Below, in pieces: positions 24,835 to 38,162 of a stretch of 64,000 nt of DNA (the stretch's first letter is position 1; each line of letters opens with the position of its first letter). The stretch is from Takakia lepidozioides. Taxonomy: Eukaryota; Plantae; Bryophyta. The notes below the pieces were generated by a model. The model saw only the letters and a list, made by a program, of their open reading frames with translations. It was not told the DNA's origin and made no database searches. Position numbers and translations under genes: made by a program. Location: NCBI GenBank assembly GCA_030704615.1, contig CM060734.1:19778001-19842000 (forward strand), read 5' to 3'.

Positions 24835-26416
24835 ATGCCGCCTGAAGGGCGTGGCTCTCCTGAGAGAGACCTCACATCCAGACCGCGGCGGAAGTTGAAA
24901 GCTCTGTACTACGGACGACGGCCAATCTCTCGCATGGCCAAACTGAAGCTCCAGCAGGAGATTCCAGTGTCTTGCTCACAACCTGCGCCAACTGAAGCCG
25001 AGTACTGTCAGGCAAGTCACTTCTGCTTTCGGTTTGTTCGATTTATTTTTTGCTTTCGCTTTGTTACCTCGCTTTGTTTTTGCATCTTCATCCTGGCTTT
25101 GCTGTATGAGTGAACTTTAGATAGTTGAGTGAACCTTAGATTGTTTGCAATGCGTGTGCAAATCCGGCAGCTCTGGAGAAGGCTGCTTGTGCATGTCATT
25201 CTTAGGCAATGGTTGCATTTGTTTTCATTGTTGTTGCATGGCTCTCCATACTTCCTAAACTTGTTATGTTTTTATTTTTGCTACATGATTGTTGCTATGG
25301 TGGTTGCGCTGCTCGTTGCGATGCTGCTTTTTGCACCGATGTTGGTTTTCACGATTTTTGTCAATGACAGAGTGACGACGAGCCCGGCACGCTGGTGGTA
25401 TCATCGACAGCTCCAACTCATCGCATGTTTGAATCGCCCAACTTGGGGCGAGAGGGCAAATTTAAACCTTTTGTTGGTGGACGGGAGGACTTGCAACGAG
25501 ATTACGACAGAGTAGGCATTGGGGAGGTTGGTGCAGGCGGCATGGCAGGTGAAGGGCGTGAGGACATGAGGACAGCAGATCCGGCAATGGAGGTTGTTCA
25601 TGCACATGCAGTAGGGCCCGCCCACGCAAAGAAAAAGAAGAAAGCTAAGCACATGCAATCCCCGGCGAGAGAGCAGTCACGGGCTGCGGAGGGGGGAGTG
25701 AGCAGTGCGCGCGAGGGTGTCAGTTCGCCTCAATCAAAGGTGGTCGTCCTGGAGGGCTCCCCTGCTGCTAGCCCTAGTAAGAAACAGAAAGCCCGTGAGA
25801 GGGCAAAAGAGAGGGCAAAAGAACAGACGAGACAGAATGCTAGCCATGAGGAAAGACAAAAGGCAGCTGAAGAGGCCAGGGGTGCCCAAATGACAGATGC
25901 CAATGTAAGCGAGGGACCCACAGAGACGGTGGATCCCTACAAGACACCACAGAGAGGCAGTAGCACACCGGTTAGACCATCGCGGGCAAGAGCAGCCCCC
26001 GCAATTACCCATACGGTGGAGAGTGGAGGAGAGGAAAGAACACCTGAAAGAGCACGGATTGTGCAAGTTCGAGGTGAAGCCAGGGAGAGGGCAGTAGAGA
26101 CGACGAGAGTGCTGGAGGTGGTTTCGCAGGTGGCTGACCCTGTTGAGGAGGACGACATGGAGGTTTCTGACCAGGATGACATCCTCCCGGACATCCCCAG
26201 GCCCCAAACCCGGAGCATACAGGCTGGATTTGGCGGTCCTGGTGGGCTGCCGGAAAACCCCTCTGCAGCAGACGTCATGTCTGAGGCGGATATGAAGTTG
26301 GCCGCTGCCAAGATGTTGGAGGCAACCCACAGCAACATTGGCAGGGTGCTGGGGGGCATGGTGTACCCGGCCAAGCTTCGAATTCCCCTTTGCCGCTTGG
26401 TGTCAACAGACATCGT
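24835..26416 (+). pseudogene. 5' exons of ParB-MTase gene of copy 2 (broken at 26416)
   Basis: MPPEGRG..RRKLKALYYGRRP and ..KMLEATHSNIGRVLG..LRIPLCRLVSTDIV align with the copy-1 gene. Reading frame resumes at 48501. Confidence 0.8.
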
Positions 26417-29400
26417 CTGCATCCAAAACATATTTTATTCCCTCATTTGCACTCTAAGGTGAAGTTATCTTCAACTTCATGCACTCTTCATAGAGAGTTC
26501 TGCAATAGTGAGCATAGAGCAAATGATGAACGTTTTTTTTCCAAACATTTTTCTTTGGTACATTTTTCGGCAATGATGTGGTGGTGTGAGGGTTCAACTC
26601 ACCAAAAAAAATCAAGCCAAAAACAAAATCATTACGCCCCACACTCATTGCGCCCCACAATCATATGCCCTCTAAATCATTTTATTTAGTAAAAATCCAG
26701 TTCAATTCAAAATTGGATGAAATGATGAACGGAAACTTCCCCGATGAAATGATATTTTATTGCTCCGAAACTTTGCAAGTGTCTTCTACATGCCCTCTTA
26801 CACGTCTTTGAGAAGTATGACAACAATCTAAAATGGTTTAAAGGGTGAACCAATCGTCCCCCTACCAAATGATTTTAAATTGATTTGAAACTTTGCAAGT
26901 GTCGTATACATGCCCTCTTACAGGTCTTTCACAAGTTTCAAGTCAATCTAAAATGGTTGAAAGGGTGAATCAATCATGAACACATCAAATGATTTTTGAG
27001 TGCTTTAAAGCTTTGCAAGTGTCTTTCACATGTCATCTTAAAGGTACCGGACAAGTATAAGGTCAGTAAAATATGGTTGAAAGGGTGAACCAATTGTTCC
27101 CCTACCAAATGATTTTACATTGCTTTGAAGCTTTGCAAGTGTCAGCCACATGCCCTCTTACAAGTACCGGACAAGTATGACGTGAATAAAAAATAGTTGA
27201 AAGGATGAACCAATCATTCCGCTATCAAATGATTTTATATTGCTTTGGATGTCATTGCTTTGGTGATTCTAGCCCCCCAATGGCCCATTCTAACCCTTGA
27301 ATTACAATTCAAAATGCAATTCAGCCCTTAAAATTGGTAATGCCAGTCCCTAAATGACCAACCCAGCCGCCCCTCAAATTGTAATTTGAGCCCTTGAAAT
27401 TGTCAATTCCAACCCCTCAAATTGCACTTCTAGCCTCTGAAATGGCAATTGTAGCCTGTGAAATGGCAATTGCTAGTGCAGCCCCTGAAATGGCAAGTCC
27501 AGCCCCTCAAATTGGCAATTCGAGCCCCAGAAATGGCAATTTCAGCCCCTGAAATTGGCTATGGGTGAACCAATCATTCCCCTGCCAAATGATTTTGGAT
27601 TGATTTGAAACTTTGCGAGTGTCTTGTACATGCCCTCTTAAAGTTACTAGACAAGTATGATGTCAATGTAAACTGGTTCAAAGGATGAACCAACAGTTCC
27701 CCTGTTGGATGATTCATGATTAATCGTTAACGATTGATCTCATATTACATTGGGACCTATCAGAGGGTACATTGAACACACTGGCCAAGTTTCAAAGCGA
27801 ACGAAAATCATTTGGATGGGCAATCATCCGTTGGCCCATTGAACGAATTTCGATTGATCTCATATTACTCTGGGGCCTCTTCCATGGTACATTGAACATA
27901 CTGGCCAAGTCTCAAAGCGAACCAAAAATCATTTCGATGGCCAACCATCCGTTGAGCCATCGAATGAATTTCGATTGATCTGATATTAGTCCGGGACCTG
28001 TGAGAGGGTGTCTCAAACGTACTGGCAAAGTTTGGAAGCAAACAAAAATGATTTGGATGGGCAACCATCCGTTCACCCATTGAATGTATTCATTCTGTTG
28101 AACCTGCTATTATCTTGGGACCTGTTGGACTGTGTTTCACGTGCTCATTTTTTTTTTTTTCATTCCATTTTTTAATGGGGCGTGTAATGACTCCATATGC
28201 AACATGCGTGCCAAATTTGGGAGCGATCAAAATTCATTTGGACCCAAAACCACAGTTTCTTGCCCGTTTTGCACTCCAAACTTGATTTGTGCTTTACTTC
28301 ATGCACTCTTCATAGAAAGTTCTGCAATAGTAAGCGAAGAGAACACTTTTTTTGGAGGGCATTTTTGATTGGTCCAAATTTTTGCACGGGAGTAGCAGTG
28401 GGATGCTTGAAGTCATAGAACAAAATTGAGCCAAAAACAAAATCGATACGTGCCAGAAACCCCCAATGAAAGGCAGTGCAAACCTATTTATTGGCTTAAA
28501 ATTAATTTAAATTCAATTACATTCTGGAATGGCTTGGCGTCGATGGGGAGGCAAATGATTTATTCGTCTGTTGTGTCTCCGTACATGTGTCGCATACATG
28601 TTCAAGCACATGCGGCCAAAAAAGGGGCTTCAACCACATCCGTTCAATGGGTGCAATAGTCGTGCACGCATTGCAGGATTTTTTTTTCGCAATGAACAAA
28701 AACCAGATGACAACTGAACGCCTCATTGGCCCATCGAACAATTTCGATTGATCTCATATTACACTGGGACCTATCAGAGGGTACATTGAACACACTAGCC
28801 AAGTCTCAACGCGAACGGAAATCATTTGGATGGGCAACCATCCGTTGGCCCATTGAACGAATTTCGATTGATCTCATATTACTCTGGGGGCCTCTTCCAT
28901 GGTACATTGAATATACTGGCCAAGTCTCAAAGCGAACCAAAATCATTTCGATGGTCAACCATCCGTTGAGCCATCGAATGAATTTCGATTGATCTGATAT
29001 TAGTCTGGGACCTGTGAGAGGGTGTCTTGAACGTACTTGCAAAGTTTGGAAGCAAACAAAAATGATTTGGATGGGCAACCATCCGTTCACCCATTGAATG
29101 TATTCATTCTGTTGGTTCTGCTATTATCTTGGGACCTGTTGGACTGTGTTTCGCGTGCTCATTTTTATTTTTTTCATTCTATTTTTGAATGGGGCATGTA
29201 ATGACTCCATATGCAACATGCGTGCCAAATTTGGAAGCGATCAAAATTCATTTGGACCCAAAACCACAGTTTCTTGCTTGTTTTGCACTCCAAACTTGAT
29301 TTGTGCTCTACTCCATGCACTCTTCATAGAGAGTTCAGCAATAGTGAGCGAAGAGAACACTTTTTTTTTGGGGCATTTTTTATTGGTCCAAATTTTGGCG

Positions 29401-29990
29401 GGGGAGTAGCAGTGGGATGCTTGAAGGCGCAAAACAAAATTGAGCCAAAAACAAAATCGATACGTGCCAGAAACCCCCAATGAAAGGCAGTGCAAACCTA
29501 TTTATTGGTTTAAAATTAATTTAAATTCAATTACATTCTGGAATGGCTTGGCGTCGATGGGGAGGCAAATGATTTATTCGTCTGTTCATTTATTCGTGAT
29601 TAATTGTTAATGGTGAAAAGGATAAACCAAAGGTTCCTTGATAAAAAAAAAAATTGAATGATTTGAAATTTTGCCAGTATGTTCTACATGCCCTCTTACA
29701 TGGACCAGACAAGTATGAGATCAATCAAAAATGGTTCACATGATGAACCAATGGTTACTTGATGTGTCGATTTCTGAATGCTTTCAAACTTTGCCATTGT
29801 ACATGCCCTCTTAAAGGTACCAGACAAGTATGAGTTCGATTTAAAATATTGCAATGGATGAACCAATGGTATCTTCATTCTGCAATTTTTGATTGTTTTG
29901 AAACTTTGCCAGTATATTGTACATGCCGTCGAACAGGTACCGAACAAGTATGAGGTCATTCAAAAATGGTTCAAAGGATGAACCTCGTAT
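26417..29990. repeat. AT-rich composite repeat: ~120-bp tandem units, ~21-bp microrepeats and a ~1014-bp tandem duplication
   Basis: CTTTGCAAGTGTC..CATGCCCTCTTA..GACAAGTATGA units near 26770, 26890, 27010, 27130, 27610 and 29670-29950. Duplication ~27730-28570 / ~28745-29585. Reverse-complement pieces at ~48390-48500, ~49430-49480 and ~57715-57865. Confidence 0.85.
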
Positions 29991-30081
29991 TTCCAAAAAT
30001 TACGTAGACTATACAGTGGGTTGCACATTTAAGTTTTCGCAACCTGAGACCTTTGGCCTACTCCCTACGTTTCTAGCCTTT

Positions 30082-31615
30082 CTAGTCATCTTCATCTAGA
30101 TTAATTATTTCATTGTCGTCATCTCCAAATGTTGATGAAGATGCTCCGGGTATAGAGGACGTGCCTCCACCAGTACGGAGAGCTCGAGCCTGGGCTCGAG
30201 TGGTCAAAGAGGGACCCAGTGTTGTGTGGTCCACCCTTGCCATCATGCATAGCGTTCTAGGCGAGTGCTGACTCTCTTCCACATTTGCCAAAGCCGGGTT
30301 TGTCGCTCTTGCTACGGCTTCATGCAATTTTTCAATTAAATCCGATATGTTTGGAAGTGGCAAGAACACCCCTGGAATAGGGGCAACTTGGTCACGCCAT
30401 GTGTTCTGCCAATACTTTACAACACTCGTGGTGGCAGCCTTGAAATTGTCCAACACCTCCTCTTGCTGGGGGTCTCTGCGCAACTCTGGAGGAAATGGCC
30501 CTTCATCCCAACGGATGCTAACGTCATCCAACTCCCTCAGAATAAGTCTCTCCCAATCGGTTTGCGATTGTATGGGTCATTTTCCGCTGGCACCAACGGA
30601 TCCTCAGGCAGTCGGAAGAATCTTTGTCTGGTACAGCTCCAATGCCCTCCCAAGTTCCGGCAAAAAAGCTCCCTTTGGACTGGGTCCCGTATGCCTCTAG
30701 CACGCACGGTTATTTCCCAGTTGGATGTCACCCAAAAGGTCACCGGATTTTTTACCCTAGATAACGTCATAGCATTCAAGGCGTGCATCTCTCTTGGAGC
30801 ATCCCATGTCATTGTCTCCCCCCAGTGCTGACAATTTAAAAAATCGTAAGGCTCCACATCCAATGGCATGTTGTACCGGTTGTACTCGTATCATGTGGGC
30901 ATATTGTCTTGCAACCCAAACAACTCGTAGAAACGTCGATGGATTGGTCCACGGCAGTCAGGGCATTGGCTGGCTCGCATGGTTGTCGATATGAGACATG
31001 TGGGGTGGAACGAATGGCCACATGAACCAAACATATAGCTCCCTCTGGTCCGTAAGGGTTTAGGCACATTGTGCACACCGTACCATCTGTTACCCATGAC
31101 GCTGGATTGCTCCGTGGTATCCATGTCCGTTCATCCTCATGAATGTCGGATGATATCCTCGGCCTGCTGTCCCACTCATCCTCTACTTCCAAATCCCAGT
31201 TTATGCTCTTATTGGTATCGGAAATTGTATGCACACAGTGCTGAAACATGACATCCACATCACCCCATGTGGTGAATCCAGTGTACTTCGACGTGAATAC
31301 ATCACGCACAGTGTCGTGCCTTTACAAATTAGTAGAGATGCTATCTACGCTTCAATTCGACAACGTGCTGCACATTGGAGGGATGACATCGTTTCTTCTA
31401 TCCGTGTTTCCCGCGATGCTAGATAGTCACCCAATTCCGCCAATTCCCCGTCAACCATGGCCCACGATCGGATTTGCATGGCATTTGAGTACCGATGTGC
31501 AACAGCCCTAGCTTGCTCACGTTCCCCCACAAGCTGCTCTAATTCCTGTTCCTGGGCCGATGTAATTTGCACGGCTGAACATTCCCCATTTTCCACTATG
31601 GGGTCCTTCCCTTTT
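30082..31615 (-). pseudogene. RING-finger-containing gene, frameshifted, interrupted by CACTA insertion
   Basis: CTMC..CGHSFHPTC..CPDC..HRRFYELFGL across ORFs 30836-31309 and 30891-31124, with a helical region upstream. Confidence 0.65.
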
Positions 31616-34600
31616 CACTAGAAGAGAAACCGGTTTTTTCCACGGCTCTTTTCACACTTTTTGCCGTGGAATCCGCCCCAGTCCACACCTGCCGTGGGTG
31701 TAAGAAACGACTAGTGCTTCCGGACACCCCGTGGACAGCCTGGCTCTCGGGTGGTCCTGTGGAAAAGTCCACGGGTGGTTGAATCCACGGGTGGCATTTT
31801 TCACGGGGTTCATGGCTTTTTCCACGGGCGACGTGTGCTTTGGCGAACACCGCAACGTGGATCGTAGATGTACAAAGGTGTGGACTTGTCCACACCTACG
31901 GGAAAACCATGCGACAGCCTGTCACCAGGGTTTGACGACATCTGGGCAACGGTGTGTGCAACACGTGTATTTTTGTGAGGATGACACGTGTATGGACATG
32001 AAGAGGCGTTGTGCACGTATGTGGAGCGGACATCTGGCGTGGCATGTGGGTGTGAAAAAATCCATTCGGTGTGAGATCATCCACTGGTTGTTTTCACAGC
32101 TTCAGCAAGTTTGGAGGCCACGTGTTCTTTGGCAAACACCGCCACGTGGATCCTAAACGTACAAAGGGTGTGGACTTGTCCACACCTACGGAAAAATGAT
32201 GCGACACCCTGTCACCTGGGCTTGACAACATGTGGGGAACGGTATGGGCAACACGTGTATTTTGGAGAGGACGGCACGTGGCGTAATCTGCATGGAGTGG
32301 GTGTGTAGTATTTTACTGCCTATACTATAGGTCATTCCACATAGTTGTGGAGCATACCATAGTGGGTGTGAAATATTCTACTGCTGATGTTGTAGGTCAT
32401 TCCACAAAAATGTGGAGGATGCCACAGGCAAGCTGCGGTTGATTTCACATATTTGTGACGTCTCTGTCTAAGTTCACTGCCGGTGTGATCCTCCACTACA
32501 GGCACTCCCTTCTCAATAAGGGGGGATAGGTCATCATTTGGTGACAAGGTCACAATGTTTGACCCCAATGCACCCAAACGGAAGGCAGGCGTGGGCCATA
32601 TATTGGGCATGTTGACTGATTGGCAGGCTTATGTCGATTATCATGTTGTCTCGGTTGAAGCAGTACATAGGGCAGATGTTGCTCTACCATACCCCAACAA
32701 TGATGTTAGGCCTCACGTTGTGATGCTCAGTGACACTGTAGGCAGCACGGCCCTGTGGTCTGCCAAGTTCCTCAAACTGACCCGAACATGAGGTTGTGGG
32801 GGATCCTCAGTTTGAAGGCAATTTTGACTGAACGCCACTTCATATCGATTTCACCTTTTCTTCGTGATTTTGCGCATCAATGTAGGATTTGGGTACATTG
32901 TGGGGTTGTGATCAGCAGTGCAGACTCTGCAATACTTGCATGTTCAGACTAAACTGTATTTGGGCAATGAAGGGCGTACCCAACTTTGAAGCACCCTTGC
33001 ATTTGGTCATTCTTTCTGTTGTTATGGCCATGCTTAGTCAATTGTACATGTCATGAGCAGGTTGTTGCCGTGGTGCTTTGGAATTGTGTTTATGTATATG
33101 AGTCATATTTCACATGGATTGTGAAACTGACAGTGTGGACAGTATCACGATTTTGTGATATGATCATGATGCCTGTGGATTAATTGTGCACACGCACCAT
33201 AATTAAGGCAAGGATCGTCACATGCCATGTTCTGAACTTTGTCCTCACCTGTGGCATCTTCTTCCACAATACTGCCCCATTTCCTTTGTCCACTGCCTCC
33301 ACTGCTAGGAGGCTGCTCACCTGTACTTGTCATTTCCACAGTAGCCGCAGGTGGGACAACACCGTGAACAGGGGGCGACAACTCACACACAATGTTTGAT
33401 GCTGATGGAGATTCATCCCTCGGCAGGTCCAAACCGAGCTTCGCTGCCAATGCCATGTTGAACTTCTCTGTCTTAGATACTGCAACGGCAAACATGGATT
33501 TCACTACCTGCAATTCCAATTTGTGCTCCATTGAGCTGGCCTCCATTGTATGTTTGCATCCTTCCAAGCCATCAAGCTGAGAAGCCAATGCTCCAAGTCC
33601 CTGCCACAAATAGAGTGGAAATACGATTCAATACATCGATCGCACTAGCCATGCGAGGTAATTTATTGGCATATGTACAAGAAGGCAAAACCATAAATAA
33701 TTGACAAGCACATCATTGCAACAAATGCAGGTGGGTTAGTTACTTACAGAACGGGTGGCCCCTGCTGAATCAGAACCATACCCCTTGTTGCTATTCTTGC
33801 TCCCCGAAATTTCGGATAGAAGTGGAGGACAACCACTTGTCTTAGCCTACACATGGACAGGATATGGGAATATTAGTGCCATCCTCTAAGAGTAAGATAC
33901 AAATGACAAGACACCTCGCTACCTGAATATATTGGCAATGTCATGAGACAGGCAGATTTACTAGACGTTCCTCAACTCCGCTAAGGCCACTGCGTCCAGA
34001 TCTCGAAGGGGCACCAACATGCCCCCGTGCATGCTTGCCATTATCACGACTCTTTTGCCATTTGGGCGTGTTCCAATGCCTCACTAATTCTGCCCAAGTC
34101 TTGTCCGCAACATAGTGGGGCTTAGGTTTGCCACGGGAGTACACTTTTCTAAACAGTTTGATGCGCTGGTATTTAATGACGCCTCCAATCTCAGTTCGAA
34201 GTTGGGCGCCAGTTATCCCAGGAGGTAAATATTCCCAATCATCTGCTAATAGTTCACCCACCTCGTCAATCAGACTTTGAGGTTGAAGATGGATGGGCAC
34301 AGAACAGTCCAGCACACGTTGGCATTGCCCTCGTAGGGTTGCCAGCCAGTCATTATATGCATCCCCGCATGGGCCCTTTTTGCCACAGGCAACTATGAAT
34401 CTCTTTTGCCCAGCAGCCACATTTGCACAAGCCGTTTCCTTCAACCCTTTCCGTGCTACTCTCCTCGCCTTGCGCAAAAAATTGGCTCTGTCCTTGCCAG
34501 TCAAATGTTGCGCATCTGGAGTCATATTGGAATCACGGGCCTCCTCTCCTCCCTCACAACCTGCAACATGGGGCCCTGCGGGCGGACATGAACCCTGCCA

Positions 34601-35400
34601 CGCACCAACGTGGGGTGTGGGGTGGACAGGAACATAACCTGTGCTCGGAGCTGGTGAGCTTGGGAATTGAAGAGGCCGCGAAGCGGTGCAATTGGGTGAA
34701 GTTGTGGGCTGCCTGGAATAAGGGCCATGCAGCGGCGCACTATACATGGGGCTTCTGGGATACGTTGGGGAGGATACGCAGGTGGGGGAGGGTTGGGGTG
34801 AGGGTACCACACACCTTCGTGGTAGTGCCCATGCTGAACAGGAGCATGTTGTGCTTCCCTAGTTTGTGGAAATGCCCCACACGGAACTGCAGGACTACTT
34901 GGACCTGCACATGACCGGTTCTCCCCTGACGGGCTGTTTGCATTGTAGGACTGAGAAAAGGGCTGGTGAATTTCAGGGGCGGCTGGAACATGAGCAGTCT
35001 GTTGTTGATACTGTGCATACCAGGGGGATAAAACACACCAGTGTTAGGTGGAAAGGAGGGAGGGCCTCTTCCATCCGGGGTTGGTTGAAGACGTGGGGAG
35101 GGATGGTTGAAGACACCTGCCGGAGCAACTCCCTTCTGCTTTCTCACTGCATCCTGCAAATCAACAGGTGGGAAAGAGTTATGTAGGAAGATAAAGCATG
35201 AACATCATGTAGGATACATCAACAAAAAACGCGCTCTATAATATACATACACTGAATGCAGCAGAAATCGCACCCAAAATGCATTTACGTCTGATCCATT
35301 GAACACGCCAAACGTCACTGGGGAAGTCCTCCTTGTATGTTTCGACCCTCTTTGGGGGTTCTTTGGGGAATCCCTTGTAGGCACAATCTGGCCCCGATGA
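31616..35400. mobile_element. CACTA (En/Spm) element, left end plus TnpA-like gene; right end not found (end coordinate approximate)
   Basis: CACTAGAAGAGAAACC at 31616, followed by CCACGG/CCGTGG subterminal repeats and a direct repeat (~31830/~32120). Confidence 0.7.
33145..35160 (-). pseudogene. Plant Ptta/En-Spm (Transposase_24-like, TnpA) multi-exon gene
   Basis: KPHYVADKTWAELVRHWNTPKWQKSRDNGKHARG..SRSGRSG resembles the family motif P..W..L..W.....S..N..R...H..G. Pro-rich N-terminus. Confidence 0.6.
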
Positions 35401-36656
35401 CCATCGTACATATCAATGAGAGTACAATATGATAATGGCTGATAATGGCTTCACATATTATCAACATATGACAATAGAGGGGGCAGGAAGATGGGGGAGG
35501 AAGAGTTGTGAGCGCCCCCTCTCGGACATGGCTGGCTGATGAGGCGGTTAGCATCGTGCTCCTGGGGGTTCCTCCTCTCCCACTACAATTTCTTTCTTGT
35601 CTAGACATGACACCACAATATGCTGCCCCCTACCTGTCCAGGTCCCTCCCTCCCACAACCCCCTTTGCAATTTTTGGGTATTAAGACAGGCCATCACAAG
35701 TTTGAACCTCCTGTGAGGGAGTCAACAATCTGCAGAGTTGCATTGCATGCATTGCGGGCAAATACGTATACTTCATTAGGCGGAGGGCCAAATGCGTCGA
35801 GGACAGGATGACAACAACACAGTGCACTCACAGGCAATGAAAAAAGTAAGGAAGGAAGAACTTATAAGGGTTTAGGACAGACGCTAATTAGGCCCAACTG
35901 GTACCTCGCAATGTACAGGAGTGGCCCCCAATGGCTTTTGGGACAAAAGGGGCAAAAAAAAAAAAAAAAAACAGGAGCCAAAACCATAACCATAAGCAGC
36001 CCAAAATGAGGTAAATGGACTGGTGCCTTATAATGACTTTGAAATGCATAAAGGGTCAAAGCATGCTACGGTCCACCCAAAATGGACGTCCCAAGCTCTC
36101 TGCGAATGCAGTGCCACATAGAAGGACTGACATGGATGTTGGATATAAGTGCATTTTGAAAGTTTAGACATGAATCATTGATCCTTATTCTGTGCTGAAA
36201 ACAACGGTGGTTTTCTTTTTGGAATCCATGGAGATTTGAGCATTGAATGAAGTCCAAACGTAAAAGTATGTATGATGTCCAAAGTAAGGTTGTGGACTAT
36301 ATGGAATCAATTGGAGTGGTGGAAAACTTCAATTCACATAGGGATTTTAATGTCCAGTAGGAAGGTCACCGTTATACGTGGAAACCACAATGTAGCCCTA
36401 AGAATTAGTTTATGAGATATGTGAGAAATTTTCAAAATCTATCATTTTATCTTGGAACATCCTAATTCATTAGACCTTCTTCCATTCATTTTCATGCTAT
36501 GGTCCTTTCATAAGAAGTGTAGCTTTCAAGCCTAAGGCACTTTACAATGATATGGAGGTTTTTATGAAGGAATGAACTGCTTGATGATTTTTCATGAAGA
36601 GAGTTACATTGGTGTATATTTTGGAAAATCTAGAAAATAATGTAACATTCACATAA

Positions 36657-36914
36657 GGGCAAAGGGGTTGCAGGAGACACTAAAGGTTGCTACGTATGCC
36701 ATTTTGGTGAAAAAAACTAAGTCGTTCAAGCTGCCTACCGTGAGATATGGACTGCGCGGCTGCGTCCGCCATGGATGCTGCATGAAAAGCTTCAAGACAA
36801 CAGTCTCGCGCATGGAGTGTGCGAGACGGCGGGTCACCCGTCGCCGGGTGGTCTGTCAACGTAGATTTTCAAAATGTCTGCGCGTTTGCAAGTGTGGCCC
36901 ATACACCTTTGCCC
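36657..36914. mobile_element. Possible Tourist/PIF-Harbinger-like MITE
   Basis: TAA|GGGCAAAAGG ... CCTTTGCCC|TAA: short imperfect TIR, TAA TSD, 258 bp. Confidence 0.5.
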
Positions 36915-37653
36915 TAATGGCCTAACGTTCTATTCGTGCTATCGATCTTCTTTCTCATATTTTTGAGCGTGCAGAGATAGCCATGCATGATATGCTTTCA
37001 ATTGTTATGTAATGCACTAGAGCGCACAACAGCCTGGAACACGTTGGATACGGGGTGCGACACGGGCAGTATTGGCGTGCAACCTCGCCATCAAGAGCAA
37101 AACCAAACACCCGAATGCTGGAGGAAATGGCCAGGTTGCACGAAGTGTGAGTTTTGGAGGTTGCAATCTTTGTATAGTGATAACTAGCTGTAAGTGGTAT
37201 TGTGTTTGCATTTGTGAGGGTCACAATCTGAACCATATCAGCCCCATCTACTAGCTCAAGTCTTGGGGTACGCAAGCTGCTTGTAGGTCGCGTGCACTTC
37301 AATCGCAGCTACTTACAGCCTGCGCATTACCTCCATCTAGAATAATGTTAATCTTCCCTCAAGTTGAACATGAGTCAGAGGATGTACTATGCGTTAGTTT
37401 GGATAGGTTCTCTATCCAGGGCTCCAGCCACCATAGCAATCTCATGCCTTATCGTGCTCATCCTGTTTTTGAGTGGGAACCCCTACCGGCATATTGCATT
37501 GACTGCCCTATAGCAGGAGACTTAATTATATACAGGGTCCCTCTCAAGGTGCATCCTTGGGGGTTCAAAATGATGTTGCATTGTGATGATATGCGATTTT
37601 CCTGCTGATGATATGCGTTCTTTGCTGCTGCTGCGTTTGGTGGAATTTTACCA

Positions 37654-37910
37654 GGTATTCAGCTGAGGTGAGGTCAGGGCGCTTTGGGATAATAATTACA
37701 CTGTACAAGCAGCAGCTATTACTACTTCAGAATCGCTTTATTCGTGCACTAGGTTCTGGTGCAGCATGTGACATTGAGTTCAATACTGTGGATGGGTTTC
37801 AAGGACGTGAAGTCGACATTCTGATTTTGTCCACAGTCCGGACGACAAGGGTGAGAGAATAATAGGAATGGTGAAGTAAATCGTGGAAGCATTGGGTTTG
37901 TGGCTGATTA
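37654..37910 (+). pseudogene. Fragment of SEN1/UPF1-like SF1 helicase (AAA_12 region)
   Basis: GIIITLYKQQ..NTVDGFQGREVDILILSTVR followed, after a frameshift, by GSIGFVAD. Confidence 0.8.
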
Positions 37911-38162
37911 CATAACAAGTAAAGGTGGGGACTCTCCCATTTGTTGTCATATTCATTGCAAATTTTCCTACTTGGTGTAAATTGGTGCAACAGAACCGAG
38001 AGTGTTGATATTCTTCTCACATTTGCTTTGGGTTGTTTTGCAGGCCATGTTTTCATACAACTGAATTGGACTGGGACAACCATTGGGAGAGAGAGTACAC
38101 TTAAGCAAACTGCTATCTGGTTTCCGATCTCTATATTGTGCTAACAGTTGTATCAGTTTTCA

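Larger units (their letters stand above)
17868..26416. mobile_element. Mutator-like transposon copy 2, left segment (TIR, transposase, palindrome array, 5' part of ParB-MTase gene)
   Basis: TIR GAGGTTTGCTATTTCATGAGC at 17868, preceded by CTGTTGTC (17860-17867). Partner TIR GGGGGCTGCTATTTCATGAGC at 43801, preceded by GACAACAG (reverse complement of the same 8-mer). Confidence 0.88.
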
